Assembly: GCA_965262715.1 (NCBI GenBank)
Contig: OZ253553.1
Span: forward strand, 96,001-160,000
Direction: 5' to 3'
From: Bdellovibrionales bacterium
Lineage (GTDB): Bacteria > Bdellovibrionota > Bdellovibrionia > Bdellovibrionales > JAUICD01
DNA length: 64,000 nucleotides
Below the pieces are notes generated by a model. The model was not told the origin of the DNA. It did not search any database and was given only the letters and a program-made list of their open reading frames with translations. The number at the start of each line of letters is the position of its first letter. Position 1 is the stretch's first letter. The position numbers and the translations under genes are program-made. Shown here one piece after another: positions 54,089-63,290 of this stretch.

Positions 54089-54236
54089 CTGTATCACTAA
54101 AAATGAACTGGCCTCTGGCCATTTTTGGATAGTCAGCCTGACGATTTACATCGTCAGAAAATGCTGACTATCTCAAAAACCTGTTCATTTTTAGTAGGGA
54201 GACTCCCCTCGTTTCTTTACAGAATGTTAAGGAAAT
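54089..54236. repeat. Structured repeat family A (multi-stem hairpin plus two-hairpin tail)
   Basis: ctaaaaatgaac / gttcatttttag outer stem with nested stems; homologous to the 61003, 61587 and 61703 copies. Confidence 0.85.
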
Positions 54237-54300
54237 CGTCCTTTTGCTATGTCTCCTCTTTCTCCCTTACAAATCACTCCAAATCTTTTATGGCTAATAA

Positions 54301-54400
54301 AAAATTGATTTTTAAGCCAAAGACGAGATCTTCCGCAGATGAGATCGCTTTTTGGCGATCTTATCGAGGACTTCGAGGATTAGCTTAAAATATCAATTTT
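54301..54400. repeat. Structured repeat family B
   Basis: aaaattgatttttaagccaa...ttagcttaaaatatcaatttt; near-identical to 61865-61963. Confidence 0.85.
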
Positions 54401-54785
54401 CAGCTTAAGGAAAACTTCTATTTCCTTTACTATCCACTCTCCTCCTATGTTTTCAAATAATTAAGTTTAGGAAGTTATAAACCATTCCCTTAGCCAATTT
54501 ATGATAGTTTAAGAAGGTTATTTTGAATATTTTTTAATGACTGCGTTGTTAAAAAGATTACCCCTTACTCGATGAATTAGGTTAAGTCTATATGCCATTT
54601 AAAAGCAAGTAAAAGATATGACCTTTTATATTTTTTTATTCACGGATAAATAAGTAAAAATAAACCTTAAAACACCTACAAAGAGATACCTACTTTTGTC
54701 ATTAAAATGACAAAAATAGTCACTTTTAGCACTGCGTCAAATCCTCTCCCTTGCACTGTGATTGAAAAACGACTGTTTTGTGATA

Positions 54786-54801
54786 TGGCATTTTTCTTGC
54801 A
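54786..54801 (+). promoter_or_regulatory. Putative sigma54 promoter
   Basis: TGGCATTTTTCTTGCA, a close match to TGGCAC-N5-TTGC, upstream of the lipoprotein gene. Confidence 0.55.
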
Positions 54802-54871
54802 ACTTGACTCATGTTTTAAGCTTGTATCTTTCAATAATTTTAATTTTTTTATAATGTAAAGGAGTTCTTTT

Positions 54872-55561
54872 ATGAAACAATTTTTTAATCTAATAACTAT
54901 AACATGTTGTTTAGCGATAATAGTAGCATGTAGTAATGATAAACAAAGACCATTAATTCTCTTGATTGGCAATGATGCTTCAAGCAATGGTGCTTTAGGC
55001 AATGGTGCTTCAGGCATTAATGGAGTATTTTTTGATCAACCATCAATTAGAAAAGAGGCTTCATTTAAGTTTCATCATGAAATATCAGACGCATGTTTTA
55101 ATGCTGAACTAGAAGAAACACATCCAGAAAGGGCCAATAGTGGTTACAGTTATGTTCCGTATCGAATAGACGGAACTACTAATTTAAATATTATATTTAC
55201 TAACGAAGGAAATGTCAATATAGATGTGACAATAAACCCTAGTAACACTGCTTACGGGACTACGAATACTATCCTTGATAGTGCTCATATTTCTGTCAAT
55301 CAGACTGTGAGAGATTTTCTGGACAATTCGAGCCTTGAGGTTAACAATAGTCAGGTTACATGGTCAGACTCAGACACTAATTTGCTTCCACTGTTACAAT
55401 TAAACACTAAAAATGCAACAGTCGAGTTAGTAGAACAAAAAGTCGAAGGTGAGTCGGTATGGTTAACATTTGAAACAAACTATGTATCAACTGTTACATC
55501 ATCACCAGATTGTATGGATTCAAATTCAAAATCGGTTTTGGAAATTAAAACAGAGCAGTAA
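54872..55561 (+). CDS. Hypothetical lipoprotein inserted between mdh and sucC
   Basis: AAGGAG RBS; lipobox IVAC; opposite strand to the flanking TCA genes. Confidence 0.75.
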   Translation: MKQFFNLITITCCLAIIVACSNDKQRPLILLIGNDASSNGALGNGASGINGVFFDQPSIRKEASFKFHHEISDACFNAELEETHPERANSGYSYVPYRIDGTTNLNIIFTNEGNVNIDVTINPSNTAYGTTNTILDSAHISVNQTVRDFLDNSSLEVNNSQVTWSDSDTNLLPLLQLNTKNATVELVEQKVEGESVWLTFETNYVSTVTSSPDCMDSNSKSVLEIKTEQ

Positions 55562-55660
55562 TTTTCTTTCTAGTATAATGAAATAGATATTTAGAAAGAA
55601 ATCTATTACATCAATCTTAGAAATCAATAGCTCTAAATCTGCAATCTAGTCATTTAACTT

Positions 55661-55690
55661 AGGAGCCGGGACTTAAAATGCCGGCTTCCT
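55661..55690. terminator. Hairpin between the convergent lipoprotein and mdh genes
   Basis: aggagccgg...ccggcttcct GC-rich stem. Confidence 0.55.
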
Positions 55691-55737
55691 TGTTAATTCA
55701 TTAACTTGTTAACTTACTAACAAGAAAGCCTTTATAT

Positions 55738-56676
55738 TTATAAGTTTGATAATTGAGAGACAAGGCTTTTAACTGCATTTACAGAATGATCAAACTGTTT
55801 TTGCTCCTCCTCATTGAACTTAACTTCTATGACTTTCTCTAAACCATTAGCTCCTAAAACAGCTGGCACTCCAACAAAAAGATTTTGCACACCAAACTCT
55901 CCCTCTAAATAAGCTGTACAAGGCAGTATACGGTTTTCAGCCTTCAAGATAGCCTCTGCCATCTGAACAGCACTGGCAGCAGGAGCATAATAGGCAGACC
56001 CTGTTTTTAAAAGCCCTACAATTTCAGCTCCACCTTTTTGAGTCCTTTCTATCAACGCATCCACCCTACCTCGATCTAAAAGCTCTAAAAGAGGAACTCC
56101 CCCAACAGAACAGTGGCGAGGCATAGGCACCATGGTGTCCCCATGGCCACCCAAAACAAATGCATGCACATCCTTAACTGAAACAGATAGCTCCTTTGCA
56201 ATAAAAGCTTTAAACCGAGCTGTGTCTAAAACTCCTGCCATCCCCATAATGCGATTTCTAGGAAAATCAAGCTCCCTCTTAGCAATATAGGCCATAGCAT
56301 CTAAAGGATTAGAAACAACAATCACCACACTGTTAGGGCTATACTGTTTGATACCAGAGCAGACCTCTTTCATGATCTTAGCATTTACAGCTAACAGATC
56401 ATCACGGCTCATCCCTGGTTTGCGAGGAAGGCCTGCTGTTACAATGATCAAATCAGATCCTGCAGTATCAGCATAATCTTTAGTACCTGTTACCATACAA
56501 TCAAAACCATCCACAGGCGAAGATTCTAACAAATCAAGAGCTTTGCCTTTAGCTACACCCTCATTGATATCAAGTAAGATGACGTCTCCTAATTGTTTAA
56601 AAGCCAAAAGATGAGCACATGTTGCCCCAACAAAACCACTACCAATCACTGTAATTTTCTTTCTTTGAAACGTCAT
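55738..56676 (-). CDS. mdh: Malate dehydrogenase (LDH-like)
   Basis: IGSGFVG, TAGLPRKPGMSRDDL, VSNPLD, VLGGHGD, GSAYYAPA. Confidence 0.97.
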   Translation of the reverse strand: MTFQRKKITVIGSGFVGATCAHLLAFKQLGDVILLDINEGVAKGKALDLLESSPVDGFDCMVTGTKDYADTAGSDLIIVTAGLPRKPGMSRDDLLAVNAKIMKEVCSGIKQYSPNSVVIVVSNPLDAMAYIAKRELDFPRNRIMGMAGVLDTARFKAFIAKELSVSVKDVHAFVLGGHGDTMVPMPRHCSVGGVPLLELLDRGRVDALIERTQKGGAEIVGLLKTGSAYYAPAASAVQMAEAILKAENRILPCTAYLEGEFGVQNLFVGVPAVLGANGLEKVIEVKFNEEEQKQFDHSVNAVKSLVSQLSNL

Positions 56677-57010
56677 ACTTCCCCCTTTTATAACTTGTAA
56701 TATCCCTAGATCTCACTGCAAAGATATTTCCGACAGTTTGAGAAATAGTTTGCCAGTTGACCTAATGACTGACTTCCAGAAAAAATATGGAGAATCCCCT
56801 CTTCCTATGCTAATGAAGGTTTCCTCTTACTATTTTCTCTTCTTATAAATCACCCAACCCTTTATAGTAAGATCATCTATATATATCATCATTTATTTGT
56901 ATTTGTAATCTTATTTTAAAATGACTTTGGCAAAAACATAAATACTTGTGCGGTATGGTATACTCTCTACTCAAATTGACTGCCATACTCCCTTATGATA
57001 TAAGGCAAGT

Positions 57011-59089
57011 ATGCTGTCTTCTTCTGATTTGCTAACAGGTAAACAAAAAGCTCTAAAAAAACATGCTCAGTTAAAAAAAGAGATAGAAGAGCATAACTAC
57101 CACTATTACGCTTTAAATGAACCTGTTATTTCTGATAAGTCTTTTGATCAGAAACTTAAACAATTAGAAAGCCTCGAATCACAGTTTCCAGAACTTGTAA
57201 CAGAAGATTCCCCTACTCAAAGAGTTGGAGGATATGTTGCGCCTGAGTTTCAAAAAACAGCGCATAATAAGGTTATGTTAGGACTTTCTAATACCTATAA
57301 CCCTCAAGAGATTTTAGATTTTGATGCGCGTATTAAAAAACGTCTTCACATTGATAAAGATATCAAATGTCAAAATATAGAATACCTCTGTCAAGTAAAA
57401 TTAGATGGAGTTAGTATTAACTTAGTTTATGAAAAAGGTCTTTTAAAAAAAGGTATCACTCGCGGTGATGGTCAAATAGGAGAAGATGTCACTCAAAACA
57501 TCAAAACTATTAAAAGTATCCCTTTAAGACTAAGAATGAATATTCCTTTTATAGAAATTAGAGGAGAGTTATTTTTTTTACATCAAGACTTCTTAGATTT
57601 TAACAAAGACAGAGAAAAAACTGGCCTTTCTCTATTTTCTAATCCCAGAAACACTGCCTCTGGATCTATCAGGCAATTAGACGCGTCCATTACAGCTAGT
57701 CGCCCTTTATCTTTTATAGCCTACAGCTGTGGAGTTTTTAAAAAAAGTGATACTTTCCAAGCTCCTCAAACAGAAAATCAACTCAATCGTTTATTTTTGA
57801 AATTAGGGTTACCTTGCCTGCAAACATCATCATCCCTTCTTGATCTTAATCCTTCAAAAAGAGTTCTATCTTTTGCAGCGCGGTCTATTGAAGATGTCAT
57901 AGACTATTATAAAACTATCAATCAAATAAGGAAGAATATTCCTTTTGATATTGATGGTATTGTTGTAAAAGTGAACAACCGCAAACAACAGATGCAATTA
58001 GGAGAATTGCCTAGATTTCCCCGTTGGGCCATGGCCGCTAAATTTGAACAAAAAGTAGCTCACACAAAAATTAAAGATATCATTGTTCAAATTGGTAGAA
58101 CTGGAGCATTGACTCCCGTTGCCTTATTAGAACCTGTGATGATTGATGGAGTGACTGTTCAACATGCCACTCTTCATAATCAAGATGAAATCGATAAAAA
58201 AGACATCTGTATTGGAGATACCATCGTTGTACAAAGAGCAGGAGAAGTGATACCTGCTATTTTAGAAGTGATCAAAGAAGAAAGACCATCTGGCGCTCAA
58301 TGTTTTAAAATACAAGATACATGTCCTATTTGTCATACAAAGGCAATCAGAGACGAGAGTGAGGCCATACTTCGTTGCCCTAACCTTGATTGCGATGGGA
58401 GAGTTAAAGCAAGACTTAAGCACTTTATTTCAAAAAAAGCTATGAATATTGATAGAGTGGGAGAAAGCCTTATTGATCAATTGGTAGATAAAAAAATGGT
58501 TCAGAAATTTTCTGATCTTTACTTATTGAAAAAAGAGGACTTACTCAACTTAGATAAACAAGCAGATAAATCCACACAACATATTCTAGAGAGTATTGAA
58601 AAAAATAAACTAGTAGATCTGCAGCGATTTATTTTTGCGCTTGGATTTAGATATATAGGAGAACAAACTACAAAACTTCTTGTTCATCATTATCAAGATG
58701 TTCATTCTATACTTGGAGCTTCTTATGAATCTTTGATTTCAATAGAAGGTATCGGTCCTACTGTAGCTCAATCTCTTATAACAGAAATGCCAAAGATGGC
58801 CTTAGAAATAGATCAGCTTATTAAAAATGGTATAAATTTTAAAAATGTGAAATCCTCGCACCAAAAGACCAAAGGATCCATTGTCATCACTGGAACATTT
58901 TCCCAAAATAGAGATCAAATAAAAACTCTCTTAGAAAAGCACGGTTTTAAGATAATAAGTTCTCTTTCTAAAAACACAAATTACCTTTTAGTTGGAGAGT
59001 CTCCAGGCTCTAAAAAGGACAAAGCCAATCAATTGAATATACCAGTATTGACTTGGGAAGATCTACAAACTCTTATAAAAAAATCATAA
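57011..59089 (+). CDS. ligA: NAD-dependent DNA ligase
   Basis: KLDG, TRGDG, NPRN, DGIVVK, GRTGALTP, Cys4 zinc finger, BRCT. Confidence 0.97.
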   Translation: MLSSSDLLTGKQKALKKHAQLKKEIEEHNYHYYALNEPVISDKSFDQKLKQLESLESQFPELVTEDSPTQRVGGYVAPEFQKTAHNKVMLGLSNTYNPQEILDFDARIKKRLHIDKDIKCQNIEYLCQVKLDGVSINLVYEKGLLKKGITRGDGQIGEDVTQNIKTIKSIPLRLRMNIPFIEIRGELFFLHQDFLDFNKDREKTGLSLFSNPRNTASGSIRQLDASITASRPLSFIAYSCGVFKKSDTFQAPQTENQLNRLFLKLGLPCLQTSSSLLDLNPSKRVLSFAARSIEDVIDYYKTINQIRKNIPFDIDGIVVKVNNRKQQMQLGELPRFPRWAMAAKFEQKVAHTKIKDIIVQIGRTGALTPVALLEPVMIDGVTVQHATLHNQDEIDKKDICIGDTIVVQRAGEVIPAILEVIKEERPSGAQCFKIQDTCPICHTKAIRDESEAILRCPNLDCDGRVKARLKHFISKKAMNIDRVGESLIDQLVDKKMVQKFSDLYLLKKEDLLNLDKQADKSTQHILESIEKNKLVDLQRFIFALGFRYIGEQTTKLLVHHYQDVHSILGASYESLISIEGIGPTVAQSLITEMPKMALEIDQLIKNGINFKNVKSSHQKTKGSIVITGTFSQNRDQIKTLLEKHGFKIISSLSKNTNYLLVGESPGSKKDKANQLNIPVLTWEDLQTLIKKS

Positions 59090-59174
59090 GTTTTTCTTTT
59101 ATTCTCTAGGTTCTTTGAGAATGAATCATTTTTAAACAACTACAAACTCAAAGGCTGCAATCTTGTAATTTAAG

Positions 59175-59558
59175 AGCCTTGTTGCACAAATATTGACTTA
59201 TACTTAGTGTCACAGGTTGTGAACTAGTTGTGGTAAGCCACTTGTGGCGAGCCACCCCAAGTCAGAGTATTGTGAGATAAAGTTTTAAAAGAATTTTTAT
59301 TCTATAATTAATTAGGTCTTGTTGTATAAAATAAACATGTATAGGAGAGTTATGGTAGGCATCTGATCTAGTTGTGGCAAGCCACCTCAGGCCAGTACCT
59401 TATGAGACACCTTTTTAAAAGGATTTTATTCTATGTAAAATTATAAAGTCACAGTAGTACATGGCACGGGGGTCGCCTGCTAGCTAGTGAAGATGCCTAC
59501 CATAACTCTCTAACTTTTATATAAATGCTTCTTACCTTAATATTTGCGCAACAAATCT
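59175..59558. mobile_element. Compound family C MITE (partial unit 59175-59314 + full unit 59315-59558)
   Basis: IS903-type ends agccttgttgcacaaata / tatttgcgcaacaaatct; second left end at 59315; internal perfect 20-bp IR 59345-59364 / 59491-59510. Confidence 0.8.
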
Positions 59559-59647
59559 CTTAAAATTATAAAAATTACATAAAGTTAGTTATAAATTGAT
59601 TTAAAACGACCTGAATCTATTCCTTTATAAATTCACAAAATAATATT

Positions 59648-59674
59648 TAAGCATTTATCATTTTAAGCCGATAA
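59648..59674 (+). promoter_or_regulatory. sigma28 (FliA) promoter
   Basis: TAAG-N15-GCCGATAA, with a consensus -10 box and spacing. Confidence 0.65.
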
Positions 59675-59769
59675 ATAATGATATATGATAATTAAAAGAG
59701 GTTTCATAAGTTCCTTAGATCTTTAAGGATATATCAATAATACTACTAAGTTGACTGGTTATAATAAGT

Positions 59770-61002
59770 ATGAAAAAAAGTATAAAATTTTCTTCTCTCA
59801 TCTTTATAGTATTAATGCTCACTTTAACAATCTCTTATCAGAATTGTAATTTTGATAACAGTGGATCAACTCTTTCTACTTCACGATATGCTTTTAATGA
59901 ACAGATAAGCACTTCAACTTTCAAAGGGACTCTCGATTCTGATTGTATGACTTCATCTCAATACAATACTTGTCTCTTTTTAAAAAACCCTGTTGCTCAA
60001 AATGGAAGTCCATTTGATCCTCCTATTACATTTTCTACAGATCTATCATCTATACAAACTTATGGAGTTAACATCACAGATACTATAGGGGATTTTCTCA
60101 CAAATGAAACTTACAATATAGTTATTAACTGGGATGAGGCTCAAAGAACTCAAGTAAAAACAGATGGAACCTGGAAATTTGAATATGCAAATGACTCCAA
60201 TCATCATGTCGCGCAATTGATGGCTTATTATTGGTTAAATTATCAAATAAATTATATGCAGCAAAAGGCAAGATGGTATGCAGAAGATCAAAATATTCAA
60301 GTTGATGCCCTAAATTCTGATTTAGAAAATGAGGCCTACTTTAGTTCAAGTGAAAATAAAATTGCTTTAGGTTACTTTACCCTAAATGGAAAAGTTGAAG
60401 CTGCATTAAGTGCTGATATATTGCTCCATGAAGCCGCACATGCTTCATTTTATTACTCAAATCTAAGCAGAGCCACTTATAGTGATGCAACTCATAAATC
60501 TTGCTCAGAAGATAGAGCCACCTGTTGTAAGAGCTATGCAGGCTGTTTTAAAGCTATAAATGAAGGACAAGCTGACTTTCATTCACTTATTATCTTCTCC
60601 TCTTTAAATTCTTCTCTAACTCCGTTGATTGGAGATGGAGTCACCAATGAGCTAAGGTATGGGTTGGGAATTTGTATGCCTAGAAATATGGATTATCTCA
60701 GAAATCAATCAGTTACAGATGTGTACAACGGATGTGATTCAGAAAACGACTTACAAGGAGAGATTCATATGATGGGAGCATTATATGCCAGTATATGGTG
60801 GAATATTTATACACATCCCTCTGTCATTCAAGATGAAATTCTACAACTCTTTGTAGAACATCTACCTATTGTGTCTAGTGAAGATACATTTGAAAGTATA
60901 GCAACACGTATTTTAAACTTAGAAAATCAGAAGTTTAATGGAAAATATTACCAGATCATCTCGCAAGCCTTCACAGAAAGAGGTCTGATTCTCTCTCCCT
61001 AA
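59770..61002 (+). CDS. Lipoprotein gluzincin metallopeptidase (M4/M36-like catalytic domain)
   Basis: YQNC lipobox; NEAYFS, ILLHEAAH, INEGQADF, GEIHMMG. Confidence 0.8.
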   Translation: MKKSIKFSSLIFIVLMLTLTISYQNCNFDNSGSTLSTSRYAFNEQISTSTFKGTLDSDCMTSSQYNTCLFLKNPVAQNGSPFDPPITFSTDLSSIQTYGVNITDTIGDFLTNETYNIVINWDEAQRTQVKTDGTWKFEYANDSNHHVAQLMAYYWLNYQINYMQQKARWYAEDQNIQVDALNSDLENEAYFSSSENKIALGYFTLNGKVEAALSADILLHEAAHASFYYSNLSRATYSDATHKSCSEDRATCCKSYAGCFKAINEGQADFHSLIIFSSLNSSLTPLIGDGVTNELRYGLGICMPRNMDYLRNQSVTDVYNGCDSENDLQGEIHMMGALYASIWWNIYTHPSVIQDEILQLFVEHLPIVSSEDTFESIATRILNLENQKFNGKYYQIISQAFTERGLILSP

Positions 61003-61151
61003 CTGTATCACTAAAAATGGTCTGGCCTCTGGCCACTTTCTGGTAATGACCCTGAAGGCTCACGCCTTCAGCAAATAGGTCATTACCTAGAAAGCCTGAC
61101 CATTTTTAGGAGGGAGACTACCTTCGTTGTTTAACATCATGTTAAGGAAAT
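61003..61151. repeat. Structured repeat family A, copy with tail
   Basis: 61008-61117 is identical to 61591-61700; starts right after the peptidase stop codon. Confidence 0.9.
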
Positions 61152-61222
61152 GTTTCCTTAAAATACATCCGGCAAACCGGCAGTCTGGCAATCTGTATCA
61201 GGCAATAAGGATTCTGTTTTAA
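61151..61222. repeat. GGCA-rich repeat (family D)
   Basis: ccggcaaaccggcagtctggcaatctgtatcaggcaat enclosed by a weak stem; 20 bp identical to 32904-32923. Confidence 0.7.
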
Positions 61223-61235
61223 ATTTTTTCACCTA

Positions 61236-61285
61236 AAAAATTTCCTCCCAAGCCCTGGCGGGTTTTAATAAAGGAGGAAATTTTT
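61236..61285 (+). promoter_or_regulatory. RBS-sequestering 13-bp perfect stem
   Basis: aaaaatttcctcc (61236-61248) pairs with ggaggaaattttt (61273-61285), directly before the ATG. Confidence 0.75.
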
Positions 61286-61585
61286 ATGACGATGAAAAAA
61301 TTTAAAACTTATCAAGTAGCAGTTCAATTTTATCATAAATCTAATAGCTTAAAATTAAGAGAACCTCTTAGAAATCAATTTCAAAGAGCTTCTCTAAGTA
61401 TTGTTCTTAACTTAGCTGAAGGTAGTGCTAAGTTAACACCAAAAGATCGAAGAAAATTCTATAGAATTGCTTTTGGATCATTAAGGGAGGTTCAAGCTAT
61501 ATTAGATATCATCAACCATATTGAACTCATCAACGAAGCTGATAAATTAGGTGCTTACTTGTACAAATTATGTCAAAATACATAA
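61286..61585 (+). CDS. Four helix bundle protein (TIGR02436 / 23S rRNA IVP / Avd-like)
   Basis: LRNQFQRASLSIVLNLAEGS...RRKFYRIAFGSLREVQAILD. Confidence 0.92.
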   Translation: MTMKKFKTYQVAVQFYHKSNSLKLREPLRNQFQRASLSIVLNLAEGSAKLTPKDRRKFYRIAFGSLREVQAILDIINHIELINEADKLGAYLYKLCQNT

Positions 61586-61586
61586 G

Positions 61587-61700
61587 TGTTTCACTAAAAA
61601 TGGTCTGGCCTCTGGCCACTTTCTGGTAATGACCCTGAAGGCTCACGCCTTCAGCAAATAGGTCATTACCTAGAAAGCCTGACCATTTTTAGGAGGGAGA
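61587..61700. repeat. Structured repeat family A, copy identical to 61008-61117
   Basis: Starts right after the four-helix gene stop codon. Confidence 0.9.
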
Positions 61701-61702
61701 TG

Positions 61703-61851
61703 CTGTTTCCCTAAAAATAAACCTGCCTCTGGCAGTTTTTGGGCAGCCAGCCTGAAGACTTACGTCTTCAAGAAAATGCTGACTGCCTCAAAAATCCGTT
61801 TATTTTTAGGAGGGAGACTCCCTTCATTTCTTTACAGAATGTTAAGGAAAT
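61703..61851. repeat. Structured repeat family A, diverged copy with tail
   Basis: ctaaaaataaac / gtttatttttag outer stem; same architecture with covaried stems. Confidence 0.85.
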
Positions 61852-61864
61852 CGCTGAGAGTGAA

Positions 61865-61963
61865 GAGTTGATGTTTTAAGCCAAAGACGAGATCTTCCGC
61901 AGATGAGATCGCTAAAAAGCGGTCCCATCGAGAACTTCGAGGATTGGCTTAAAACATCAATTC
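61865..61963. repeat. Structured repeat family B
   Basis: ttgatgttttaagccaa...ttggcttaaaacatcaa; homologous to 54301-54400. Confidence 0.85.
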
Positions 61964-61975
61964 AAAGCTTTCTAT

Positions 61976-62007
61976 AAAAAAAGGGTTGGCACTTAAACCA
62001 ACCCTTT
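61976..62007 (-). terminator. Rho-independent terminator of the 63073-62033 gene
   Basis: aaagggttgg / ccaacccttt stem followed by a T-run on the minus strand. Confidence 0.75.
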
Positions 62008-62032
62008 ATAATCAAATTTAGATTTGACCACC

Positions 62033-63073
62033 CTAATAATATTGATCTTCGCAAAAACTCCAATCTTTCTCAGTAATCTCTCCGCTCACAATGTCAGGCA
62101 GCCTGCTCTTTAACTCCTCAAACATTGGTATGTAACTTGCGTTGTCTGTATAAAGATCACTTGTTGTGTCTGTTAGCTTATCTGATTTTTCATAAATCTC
62201 ATCAGGTTGCTCTATGGTTATTTCACCATGTGTGGTAGGATCTCTATCAAAACTGATCAACATATTACTCACCTCTGTCCCATTAATAATTCTTGCATTT
62301 GCAACATTACTAACATAATTATAAGCTGCATGTGTAACTGAACTTAACACGCCTATGATTCCATAGTAACCCATACAAAAAGGATCATTTGGATTATAAT
62401 CACAAGATGCTGATAATGTTGCAGGTACTTCACCACCATCTTCATTAATACTTAATAATCTTCCAGGACCTCTTCTAAATATTGCCTCTTTAGCATAAGA
62501 ACTGTCACTGTTAGTTGATAACAGTCGTAGTTCCTCTGTTGATCCTCTTAAAAAATAGTGAACAGAACCACTATTAAGTGTCACTGTTTTGATTGATACA
62601 TATCTTTTTTCATCATAATAGGACTCACTGTCAGAAGTTTCTATGTTTACACAGGTTTGATTAGTATTTAAGTTTGTAAATAACAAATTCGCATCCACAC
62701 ACTTAAGACTCACACTAGCGATGCTACTAGAATGTTGAGAGCCTTCGGAAGATAAAGAGTCATGGTCTACATTAAACGTTCCGTCATCTCCCTCTTCTAA
62801 TACACAACCTCCATTTACTTTGCTCACGATGTCCTTGAAGTTACTTACTTTGCCCTTTAATCTATTTATTTTATTAAATGCTTGTTCTTTCTCCCGTCTT
62901 ACTTGTAAGGTAAGATTTTCCTGATCCTCTAAGTCCTCAAGACATTGTTGTAATTCGGGGGAATTATGGGATGAAGATACCGAAGGAATAAAAAACGATC
63001 CTAAAAATAAAGTCAATGTTGTCATCACAATTAAATTAATATTTATAAGTTTCCTAATAACGTCCATTTTCAA
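62033..63073 (-). CDS. Secreted/membrane-anchored hypothetical protein with an N-terminal coiled coil
   Basis: AAGGAG RBS; hydrophobic N-terminus; 346-aa ORF with its own terminator. Confidence 0.7.
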   Translation of the reverse strand: MKMDVIRKLININLIVMTTLTLFLGSFFIPSVSSSHNSPELQQCLEDLEDQENLTLQVRREKEQAFNKINRLKGKVSNFKDIVSKVNGGCVLEEGDDGTFNVDHDSLSSEGSQHSSSIASVSLKCVDANLLFTNLNTNQTCVNIETSDSESYYDEKRYVSIKTVTLNSGSVHYFLRGSTEELRLLSTNSDSSYAKEAIFRRGPGRLLSINEDGGEVPATLSASCDYNPNDPFCMGYYGIIGVLSSVTHAAYNYVSNVANARIINGTEVSNMLISFDRDPTTHGEITIEQPDEIYEKSDKLTDTTSDLYTDNASYIPMFEELKSRLPDIVSGEITEKDWSFCEDQYY

Positions 63074-63082
63074 GCTCCTTTA

Positions 63083-63290
63083 GGTCTTGTTGCACAAAGA
63101 TTTATGGAATATGTGTATACAAGATAGAGTTATGGCAGGTTTCTGGAATAGGCCTAGGCCAGTGCCTTAGGAGATAAGGCTTGTATAAAATACTTTATTC
63201 TATAATGGACTCTTAAAATAATAGAAATACAAGACACGGGGGAAGCCTGCTGCCTATGGAAGAAGCCTGCCATAACTCTAGGTCTTAAAT
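63083..63290. mobile_element. Family C MITE with a truncated right end
   Basis: ggtcttgttgcacaaagattta left IR; internal IR 63125-63144 / 63261-63280; aligns with 46154-46376. Confidence 0.8.

Noticed and set aside
54125..54388. 87-aa ORF, and the short ORFs at 34158-34513
   Set aside because: They overlie palindromic non-coding repeats, with no RBS or recognisable protein features.
59215..59400. CRISPR array (GTTGTG-starting short palindromes)
   Set aside because: Units are irregular, lack constant-length unique spacers, lie inside a MITE, and there are no cas genes.
61003..61851. Integron attC cassette array
   Set aside because: No consistent RYYYAAC/GTTRRRY core sites and no intI in the window; only the layout is cassette-like.
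61003..61963. Diversity-generating retroelement suggested by the Avd-like gene and 110-bp repeat pair
   Set aside because: No reverse transcriptase in the window; the repeats are identical and non-coding, with no adenine-specific TR/VR mismatches.
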